From an uncultured Clostridium sp. (GTDB taxonomy: Bacteria > Bacillota > Clostridia > TANB77 > CAG-508), in assembly GCA_902491155.1 (NCBI GenBank), contig CABUGH010000006.1:2805-66804 (forward strand): DNA of 64,000 bases, written 5' to 3'. Both the position numbers and the translations under genes were made by a program. The notes beneath the pieces are model-generated. The model ran no database searches. It worked only from the letters and a program-made list of their open reading frames with translations, and was not told the origin of the DNA. Shown here piece after piece: positions 56,646 through 64,000 of this stretch (the first letter of the stretch is position 1; each line of letters starts with the position of its first letter).

Positions 56646-58082
56646 TTATTCTTTCCAAAATGCTTCATATGTTTTATATGCTGAATAAATATCATATTTG
56701 CTTGTTACTTCATATGGAGCATGCATTGAAAGTACTGGTACTCCGCAATCTATTACATCTACTCCTTTATTTGCCAAAATATATGCTATTGTGCCTCCTC
56801 CTCCAATGTCAACTTTTCCTAATTCTGAAACTTGATATTTTATTTCATTTTTCTCTAGTATATTACGAACCCATGCTACATATTCTGCGTTTGCATCTGA
56901 TGCTCCTGATTTTCCTCTTGCTCCTGTGTATTTATTTAATGTTATTCCTCTTCCTAAGTATCCTGCATTTGCTGTATCTGATACATATGCATAAATTGGG
57001 TCAAATCCTGCATCTACATCTGAAGATAACATTTTTGAGAAGCAAAACACTTTATCTAATAAATTAGGTTTGTTTATTCCTAATTTATTTAATATTTCTG
57101 ATATAAAGAAATCAAACATATGTGATTCCATTCCTGTATTTCCCATACTTCCTATTTCCTCTTTGTCTGATAAAATGCATACTGCTGTATTTTTTACGTT
57201 TTGCAAATTCATCATTGCTGCTAATGATGTGTATGCACATACTTTATCATCTTGCCCATAACCTGCTACCATACTTTCATCAAATCCTAGTGATCTTGCT
57301 TTAAATGCTGGTACTAATTCTAGTTCTGCACTTAATAAATCTGATTCGTTTATTCCGTATTTTTGGTTTAATAAATTTAAAATATTTAATTTTACTTTTT
57401 CACTTACATTACATTGTTTTTTATTGTTTTCTCCTTCTTCTTTTTTACAACATGTGAATGGTATGCTTCCTATTAAAAGTTTTAAATCTTCTCCTTCTAC
57501 TCCATTTTTTAGTTTTTTCTCCATTTGGTCTTGGGCTAAATGTGGTAATAAGTCTGTTATTGTAAATATTGGATCTGCTTCTTTTTCTCCTATTTCAATT
57601 TCAATTTTTTCTCCATTTGTTTTAACAATTACTCCATGTATGCTTAATGGTATTGTGGTCCATTGATATTTTTTTATTCCTCCATAATAATGTGTTTTAA
57701 AATATGCTAGTCCACCATCTTCACATAATGGGTTTGGTTTTAAGTCCAGTCTTGGTGAATCAACATGTGATCCTATAATATGCATTCCATTTTCTTCTAT
57801 ATTGTTTTCCCCTATTACTGCTAAATACATACTTTTTCCTCTGTTTATGAAATATACTTTGTCTCCTGGTTCTAATGTTTGTTTATTTATTATATCTGTA
57901 TATCCATTTTCGTCTGCTAATTTTTTAGCATTTTTTATAAATTCTCTTTCTATTTTAGATTTGTTTAAGAATTCCATGTAGTTACTTGATATTTTGTAAA
58001 TTTCTTCTTTTTGCCCTTCCTTTAGACTTTTCCATCCTTCTTCCTTTTTGTTAAAAAGTTTTTCTTTTAGTTCTTCTCCCAT
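56646..58082 (-). CDS. M18-family aminopeptidase
   Basis: IGSHVDSPRLDLKPNP, DKEEIGS and a C-terminal SMHAPYE. 478 aa. Confidence 0.75.
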   Translation of the reverse strand: MGEELKEKLFNKKEEGWKSLKEGQKEEIYKISSNYMEFLNKSKIEREFIKNAKKLADENGYTDIINKQTLEPGDKVYFINRGKSMYLAVIGENNIEENGMHIIGSHVDSPRLDLKPNPLCEDGGLAYFKTHYYGGIKKYQWTTIPLSIHGVIVKTNGEKIEIEIGEKEADPIFTITDLLPHLAQDQMEKKLKNGVEGEDLKLLIGSIPFTCCKKEEGENNKKQCNVSEKVKLNILNLLNQKYGINESDLLSAELELVPAFKARSLGFDESMVAGYGQDDKVCAYTSLAAMMNLQNVKNTAVCILSDKEEIGSMGNTGMESHMFDFFISEILNKLGINKPNLLDKVFCFSKMLSSDVDAGFDPIYAYVSDTANAGYLGRGITLNKYTGARGKSGASDANAEYVAWVRNILEKNEIKYQVSELGKVDIGGGGTIAYILANKGVDVIDCGVPVLSMHAPYEVTSKYDIYSAYKTYEAFWKE

Positions 58083-58252
58083 ATTTTTTCCTCACTTTCT
58101 GTTTTATATTATGGCTTATAGAACTTTGATATATATCATGTCCTCCACCGTTTTTTCTTCTTAATCAGTATACTACTTTTTTATTTTTTTGTCTATAATT
58201 TGTATATAGTATTTATTTTATGCTTATAATATTAAAAATATGTAATTAGGAT

Positions 58253-59803
58253 GTGATTTATTTGAAATCTTTGTGGCTTAATAATATTGAATGTAAAACT
58301 GTTCCTTTAAATATTCCTGATATTTCTTGTGATGTTTGCATTATTGGTGGTGGAATTTTTGGTGTTTCTTGTGCATATTATTTGTCTAAAATTGGATTTA
58401 AGGTTATTCTCTTAGAAAAAGATAAGATTGCTAGTAAAACAACTGGTCATACTACCGGAAAAATAACAAGTCAACATGGACTTTTTTATAAACATTTAAT
58501 TGATGATTATGGATATAATTTTGCTAGATTATATCTGCAATCCAATGAAGAGGCTATTCAAAATATTAAAAATATTATTGATGCTGAAAAAATTTCTTGT
58601 GATTTTTCTTTTCAAAATAATTATATTTATGCAACTACAAAACAAGAACTATTAGATGTAAAATCTGAGATTAATGCTGTTCGTTCTTTAAATTTTCCTT
58701 GTGAATTTGCAACTAAAGTTGGCTTGCCTTTTGATACTCTTGGTAGTATATGTTTTAAGAACCAGGCTCAATTTAATCCTGTAAAATATGTTTATGGCCT
58801 TTGTAATTCTTTTGGTAATTTTGTGAAAATTTTTAATAATACTACTGTTACTGATATTTGTAGAGATGGTAATAATTATATTTGCTTTGCTTCTAATTCT
58901 CCTGTTGATTATTTTTATAAGTATGATAAAAAATCTACTAATTATAAAATAAAATCAAAATATGTTATTATGGCTTCTCATTATCCTTTTATAAAATTCC
59001 CTGGTTTTTATTTTACTAAAATGTATCAATCAACTTCTTATGTTATTGCAATTGACCCTAAAAAAACATTGTTTAATGGTATGTTTTTGAGTGCTGGTAC
59101 TCCTTCTCTTTCGTTTAGAACTGCTAAATATGGTAATAAAAACTTGCTTTTAATTGCTGGCTCTGATCATAAAACTGGTTCTTATTGCACAGATGCTTCT
59201 TCTTATAAGGTTTTGGAAGATGTTGCATATAATTATTATCCTAATTGTGAAATATTGTATCGTTGGAATACTCGTGATTGTATCTCTTTAGATAAAATTC
59301 CATATGTTGGTTTATTTTCTAATTCTATGCCTAATCTATATATTGGTACTGGGTTTAAAAAATGGGGTATGACATTATCTAATGTTGCTTCAAATATTAT
59401 TGTTGATATGATTACTAACAAACACAATTCTTATTGTTCTTTGTATTCTTCTGATCGTTTTAATCCTATAAAAAATAAAGATGAATTTAAAAATGTGTTA
59501 GTTCAATCTGCAAAATCTTTAGTAATAGATAAAATAAAGAAAGTAGATCTTGATTTCAGTTCTATTCCTTTAAACTCTGGTGGAATTATTGAAATTAATA
59601 ATCAAAAAGTTGGGATTTTTCGTGACTATAATGATAATATTTTTGCTCTTAAACCTTTTTGTACTCATTTAGGTTGTTTGCTTTCTTGGAATGATGTTGA
59701 TAAATCTTGGGATTGTCCTTGTCATGGATCTCGCTTTAATTTTGATGGTAAAAATCTGTATGATCCAGCATTTAAAGATTTGGAAATTTATAATTTAGAT
59801 TAA
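58253..59803 (+). CDS. FAD-dependent oxidoreductase with a C-terminal Rieske [2Fe-2S] domain
   Basis: CIIGGGIFGVSCAYYL dinucleotide-binding motif. Rieske motif CTHLGCLLSW…CPCHGSRF. Confidence 0.8.
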   Translation: MIYLKSLWLNNIECKTVPLNIPDISCDVCIIGGGIFGVSCAYYLSKIGFKVILLEKDKIASKTTGHTTGKITSQHGLFYKHLIDDYGYNFARLYLQSNEEAIQNIKNIIDAEKISCDFSFQNNYIYATTKQELLDVKSEINAVRSLNFPCEFATKVGLPFDTLGSICFKNQAQFNPVKYVYGLCNSFGNFVKIFNNTTVTDICRDGNNYICFASNSPVDYFYKYDKKSTNYKIKSKYVIMASHYPFIKFPGFYFTKMYQSTSYVIAIDPKKTLFNGMFLSAGTPSLSFRTAKYGNKNLLLIAGSDHKTGSYCTDASSYKVLEDVAYNYYPNCEILYRWNTRDCISLDKIPYVGLFSNSMPNLYIGTGFKKWGMTLSNVASNIIVDMITNKHNSYCSLYSSDRFNPIKNKDEFKNVLVQSAKSLVIDKIKKVDLDFSSIPLNSGGIIEINNQKVGIFRDYNDNIFALKPFCTHLGCLLSWNDVDKSWDCPCHGSRFNFDGKNLYDPAFKDLEIYNLD

Positions 59804-60026
59804 TTTTTTTAGTTTCGTGTTTTTTATTGACTTGCATGCATTTTTTTGCTACAATGCTAATAATATTCATATATTTATATGTTTATTTTTTGTTTATCGA
59901 ACTAGATTTCTTCTGTAAAAGTTATCTAGTTCTATTTTTATATTAAAAGCTAATAATTAATACCCACTTTTGCTCTAAAAATAGAGACTAATTAAAATAG
60001 CCTCTATTTTTACAATTCTCTATTTT

Positions 60027-62525
60027 CTACTTATTCAATTCTGGATTATCATTTAATATTTTTTCAACAATATTGTCATCTAATGCAAATGGTACAACAT
60101 ATCCTTCTAAAGAATTTACTTTTTCTTTTAAAACTTCATTCTCTTGGTTTACGTATATTTTTGATTTTCCTTTTCCATTTTTAGCTTCTTGTACTAAATT
60201 TGATACTGGTGAATTTCCGTCAAATGCTATTACTATAGCCTTTCTCCTTTCAAATATTTCGTAATTAAAGCTTTTATAAATTCCTAATTCTTCACTTTCT
60301 GTAGAAATTCTAACTCCTGTAATTTCTTTGTCTTCTAATTTTTCTTTTACTTCTTCATTTACCATTTTAGGTATAATTGCATCTATTTCAAATTTCTTTT
60401 GATATTTTTTTGACGCATCTACTATTGCTTTTTCATAACCCTCTAATTTGTGTCCTATTACAAAATATACCTTTTGTGTATCTAACTGTTTTATTAAATT
60501 TTCTATTATTTTTTTTCCTTTTTCGTTTATATTTGTTGTTCTTCCTTTTTTATTAAAACTTCCTCCTGCTATGATGACTGGAATTTTATTACTTGGTAAT
60601 TCTTTTATTTTATATTTTAATACTTTTTCTGATTCTACTGTACTTGTGATTCTTAAATCTCCTTCTTCATCTTTTATTTTTTCTAATTCTTTATCTTCTT
60701 GTTCTAAAATTGCTTCTCTTATACTTCTTCCATTTAGGAATTTTTTAAATCTTTCTGATTTCTCTTTAAAATATATATCATTTTCTTGTATTAAATTGTC
60801 TTCAACTTCTCTCATTTGCTTAAATTCGCTATCTGTTACACCTAATAAATTTCTTAGTGCAAGTTGTTCGTCAAATGTGTTTGTTCCATAAAATCCATTT
60901 CCATCTGTTCCTTGTACACATTTTACTCCATTTTTTAAGAATCTTTTTATTGGATGATTTTCCAATGTACTTAGGTTATTTAATCGTATATTTGATGTTA
61001 ATTGAAATTCTATAATAGTATTTGTTTGTTTCATTTTATCCATTAATGCCTTTCCTTCTTCTGTATTCGGATCTTTTGAATATAATCCATGTCCTATTCT
61101 TATTCTTGGCATTTCTTGTTCTGGTCTTAATGATTGTTCTACACATTTTATTGACTTTTCCACATTATCTTTTAAACTGTCATTTTCTCCAGCATGTATT
61201 CTTACTGTAAAACCTTTGTCATAATATGCAATATCTTGTACTATTTGCTTTATTGCTGGCTTTAAATCTTCTATATCATTTATTTCTTCTCCTATAAAGT
61301 CGCTTCCAACAACATATGGATCTTTTGCTACTGCTTTTAGAACACATAAGTTTTCTCTTAAATATTTGTCACTTGTTGTTTGATCTTTTATTATTGTTAA
61401 TACTATTCTTCTTATTCCTGCTAAGAATCTTATTTTTACACCTGTTTCTTCCTCTATTTTTGGTAATATTTCATGAATTTCTTCTAATAATTTTATTGCT
61501 GGCATACCTAATTTTACTAGGTCTGTGTCTGTTATTTCTACATATTTTATTCCTTGTTTTTGATATTCTCTTGCAATCCATAATAATTTATCTTGTCTTA
61601 TTACATTGTTTTTATATGGACTTTCTGAATTATTGTCTTGCAACATCTTTATAACTATTTCTTTTATATCTTTTTCTGGTATTTTGTTTATCATTTCTTC
61701 TGTTAATTCAATTTTGTTTTTTGATGGAGTTCCTTTTGCAAATACATATCTATATATATAACATTTTTCTAAGTTTGTAAAAACTGCTTGACCATCTTTT
61801 AATATTGATAAGCTTACTCTTATTTTTTCTATATTTTTTTCTGCATCTTCTAAGTTGTTTAATATAAAATCCGCAAAGTTTATAAATGTATTGTCATCTA
61901 TTTTTCTTGTTAAATATTTTCCTGTTAATTGTGAATTTTCAAATTGTTTTTCAACTTCTTTTCTTTGTTTTATAATTTTTTCTTCTTGCTTTTTTGACAT
62001 CTTTAAATTTAATTTTTTAATGTAATATAGTGGATATTGTATTTGATGCTTTATTCCTAATGCTATTAAACAGTCTGGTGTTAATATTGCATTCATATGT
62101 GTGTGTAAATCTGTTCTAAATTTACTTTGTTTTAATATATATGTTTTTACAAATGTTTTACCTATTGGTAATTTATATTTTTTTGTTTGTGACATTAGTG
62201 TTTTGCTTATTGCTGGTATTTGTGCTTTTATTTCTATTTTGTTGTTATATATATTGGCAACTTTAATTCCACCTAGTCTAAATATGTATACTTCTTTGTT
62301 TTCCTCGTTTATCATTGCTTGTATTTTGCCTTTTATTATTTTCATGTCATTTTCATTTTTTTCTGTCTCTAAATGGCATATTTTTGCTAAATTTGTTATT
62401 AATGTTCCTTTTTTATGGTTTGGGGTTTCTAATATATATGTAATTTCATCTTGTGATGTTTGATATAAATTTACAATAATATCTTTTTCTTTATCCAAAT
62501 AAAATTTGTTGAATAATTTTTTCAT
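60027..62525 (-). CDS. Adenosine-deaminase-fold (amidohydrolase) protein with an unknown N-terminal domain and a C-terminal SLOG/LOG-like Rossmann domain
   Basis: 832 aa. ADA-type motifs are DLHTHMNA (HxH), VRIHAGEN (HAGE), IGHGLY, FQLTSNIRLN and VQGTDGNGF. The C-terminal ~190 aa (KIPVIIAGGSFNKKGR…VYFVIGHKLEGYEKAI…IVIAFDGNSPVSNLVQEA) resemble LOG/SLOG Rossmann modules. Confidence 0.6.
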   Translation of the reverse strand: MKKLFNKFYLDKEKDIIVNLYQTSQDEITYILETPNHKKGTLITNLAKICHLETEKNENDMKIIKGKIQAMINEENKEVYIFRLGGIKVANIYNNKIEIKAQIPAISKTLMSQTKKYKLPIGKTFVKTYILKQSKFRTDLHTHMNAILTPDCLIALGIKHQIQYPLYYIKKLNLKMSKKQEEKIIKQRKEVEKQFENSQLTGKYLTRKIDDNTFINFADFILNNLEDAEKNIEKIRVSLSILKDGQAVFTNLEKCYIYRYVFAKGTPSKNKIELTEEMINKIPEKDIKEIVIKMLQDNNSESPYKNNVIRQDKLLWIAREYQKQGIKYVEITDTDLVKLGMPAIKLLEEIHEILPKIEEETGVKIRFLAGIRRIVLTIIKDQTTSDKYLRENLCVLKAVAKDPYVVGSDFIGEEINDIEDLKPAIKQIVQDIAYYDKGFTVRIHAGENDSLKDNVEKSIKCVEQSLRPEQEMPRIRIGHGLYSKDPNTEEGKALMDKMKQTNTIIEFQLTSNIRLNNLSTLENHPIKRFLKNGVKCVQGTDGNGFYGTNTFDEQLALRNLLGVTDSEFKQMREVEDNLIQENDIYFKEKSERFKKFLNGRSIREAILEQEDKELEKIKDEEGDLRITSTVESEKVLKYKIKELPSNKIPVIIAGGSFNKKGRTTNINEKGKKIIENLIKQLDTQKVYFVIGHKLEGYEKAIVDASKKYQKKFEIDAIIPKMVNEEVKEKLEDKEITGVRISTESEELGIYKSFNYEIFERRKAIVIAFDGNSPVSNLVQEAKNGKGKSKIYVNQENEVLKEKVNSLEGYVVPFALDDNIVEKILNDNPELNK

Positions 62526-62656
62526 TTATGGTTCCTCCCTAAACTATTTTTACTACGTTTTTTACAATGGTTATATTTTATTTTATCATAAATTTAGTTT
62601 TAAATCAATATTTATGTAAATTTTATTTGCAAATAAAGGTGTAGGTTTAAAATAGA

Positions 62657-63022
62657 TATGTCACACGAAAATTGAAAATAAAATATTGAAAGAGAGCACG
62701 AAAAATGATATTGTTTAAGTGAACGAAAGATAAACATATCGGAGGTGCTCTCTTATTGGTAATAATATCACAAATAAATTAAAATATAAAGAGTCTGTAG
62801 TAAAATTTTCATATAAATATGGAGTAACAAAAGCAGCAATAAAATTTTGTGAATGTAGAAGGACTATTTATAGATGGAGAAAAAGAATATAATAATTTTC
62901 CAATGAGACCATTAAGATGGTTAAGCCCCAATGAATTCATAAAACAATATAAAAGTCAATGAGAATCACTTCTAACAGTATAAAGTGTTCAAAGTATATA
63001 TTTTTCAAAAAAGTGTGACATA
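62657..63022. mobile_element. Internally deleted IS relic (IS481/IS3-like) with short terminal inverted repeats
   Basis: ATATGTCACAC at 62656-62666 pairs with GTGTGACATAT at 63013-63023. Inside are an HTH fragment YGVTKAAIKFCECRRTIYRWRKR and a transposase C-terminal-like fragment RPLRWLSPNEFIKQYK, in different frames. Confidence 0.5.
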
Positions 63023-63080
63023 TGATTGAGTAGCCTATAGTATTTTCCTAGAATTTTATTCAATTCTCTTGAAAGTTTAT

Positions 63081-63149
63081 TGTAATTGATCTATTCTATT
63101 GTTGTAGATAATCAATTACTAACTGTGAATCAATTACACTGTAATTGAT
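63081..63149. promoter_or_regulatory. Four copies of a 10-bp motif (TGTAATTGAT / ATCAATTACA) arranged as two inverted pairs; candidate operator array
   Basis: Copies at 63081-90, 63111-19, 63129-38 and 63140-49. The last pair forms a 21-bp palindrome overlapping a putative -35 (TTGATT), with TACAAT downstream. Confidence 0.5.
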
Positions 63150-63203
63150 TTTACGTGTCAATAGCTTACAATAAAATAATTTAAAAAATTGGGAGATAAA
63201 AAT

Positions 63204-64000
63204 ATGAAAGTTAATTTTAGAATTGAATCATCTTCTTTTTGCTATGTATTTAATAAATACAAAATAGAAGAAATTAAAGGAACAAAATATATATTACCTG
63301 AAAAAAATGCTACAAAAAGAACTATTAGCGTAACGGAAAATATTGATGAACTACTTATTGAAATTCTAAATATTGGTAAAAAAGTTTTCTATAAAGAACC
63401 TATTGAATATATTGAATTACTTAACTTCTATTCTAAATATGGCTCTTTCGGTTTCATGATAGATTTAGCAATAAGCAAATATTTTATATTTGAAGATAAA
63501 GTTGCAGTAAGAGATCCATTCTATATAAATAATAAAAAAAATGTTGATTTTATGAATGTAGATGAGTATTTAAAGTTCTTCTTACCTAAATTAAATAAAC
63601 GAGATATAAATTCTTTAATAAAGAAATGCAAAGATATTGCAACTGATATTAAAAAAGAAAGTTATTTAACATCTATTATAAATGAATATTTAATTTACAA
63701 TGAGAACTACGCAGAGTCTGTTGAATTAGTTTTAAATTATGCTAGGTCATTATATAAAACTTTATCTTATACATTAGATAATAAGAATGTAACAATGGAT
63801 TTACCTTTCTTAAATGCAAATCATATAACATTTAATATAATAGAATTATATTTTAATAATAGTTTTGGAATTACAATAAATTATTTAAAGCAAGCTATTG
63901 ATATAGCTTATTCAATGCAAATGGCTCAAGATGTTAGATTGCTTAAAGTTTGTAATTTCTGTAATAAGGCTTTTATTGCTAATAATCCAAAAGCTGAATA
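63204..64000 (+). CDS. Hypothetical protein, 3'-truncated by the window edge
   Basis: GGGAG RBS 8 nt upstream of the ATG. I translated it by hand to nt 64000 and found no stop. It ends …RLLKVCNFCNKAFIANNPKAE, possibly the start of a zinc ribbon. It is absent from the ORF track, presumably because no stop codon lies in the window. Confidence 0.6.
   Translation, partial: MKVNFRIESSSFCYVFNKYKIEEIKGTKYILPEKNATKRTISVTENIDELLIEILNIGKKVFYKEPIEYIELLNFYSKYGSFGFMIDLAISKYFIFEDKVAVRDPFYINNKKNVDFMNVDEYLKFFLPKLNKRDINSLIKKCKDIATDIKKESYLTSIINEYLIYNENYAESVELVLNYARSLYKTLSYTLDNKNVTMDLPFLNANHITFNIIELYFNNSFGITINYLKQAIDIAYSMQMAQDVRLLKVCNFCNKAFIANNPKAE

Noticed and set aside
1-64000. CRISPR arrays, rRNA genes, prophage structural modules
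   Set aside because: No regularly spaced direct repeats of 25-40 bp with unique spacers were seen. The only tandem array is the in-frame 39-bp coding repeat. No rRNA-like conserved blocks and no capsid, tail or terminase-like ORFs were recognised.

Overview
This is an AT-rich chromosomal segment (roughly 25-30% G+C by eye) that looks like a Clostridia-type Firmicute. Most genes sit on the minus strand. The housekeeping backbone includes a DNA-repair run (family-4 UDG, pgeF, addB, ogg), a YitT-family protein, an ELP3-like radical SAM protein, rnc, topA, a Y-family polymerase, tmk, a dGTPase-like HD protein, comEA, cell-wall enzymes (G5/SH3/glucosaminidase, a PBP5-type carboxypeptidase, LCP), and a GldA/F/G-like ABC system. 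Four tRNA genes (Cys, Gly, initiator Met, Arg) have near-consensus sigma-A promoters. Several accessory or unusual stretches interrupt this backbone. (1) About 600 nt at 25.6-26.2 kb is ORF-free, GC-enriched and G-over-C skewed, with its own extended -10 promoter. It lies directly upstream of a 4-TM, ~20 kDa protein carrying a DxxxD motif, which matches my memory of the OLE RNA/OapA arrangement. (2) A 35-aa hydrophobic peptide with a strong RBS converges on a promoter-plus-terminator-defined small RNA next to tRNA-Gly/Cys, a candidate type I toxin-antitoxin. (3) A 7.2-kb island is bracketed by an intact tRNA-fMet and an inverted 52-nt copy of its 3' part. It holds a decayed integrase, XRE and sigma fragments, a higher-GC module (tandem-OB SSB plus an AT-hook/tandem-repeat protein), and two paralogous unknown proteins. 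(4) An 832-aa adenosine-deaminase-fold protein has an unknown N-domain and a SLOG/LOG-like C-domain, and sits next to an IS relic and an unknown gene preceded by a 4-copy operator-like array. (5) Smaller items include a tRNA-Arg-adjacent integrase/XRE mini-island, a frameshifted beta-helix surface protein, a 66-nt perfect palindrome, a dispersed ~100-bp intergenic repeat, a MATE/cytidylate-kinase-like fusion, an addB without an adjacent addA, and a gene graveyard with an internally deleted larC. No CRISPR array or rRNA was seen. All functional calls come from motif recognition by eye; no database search was possible.
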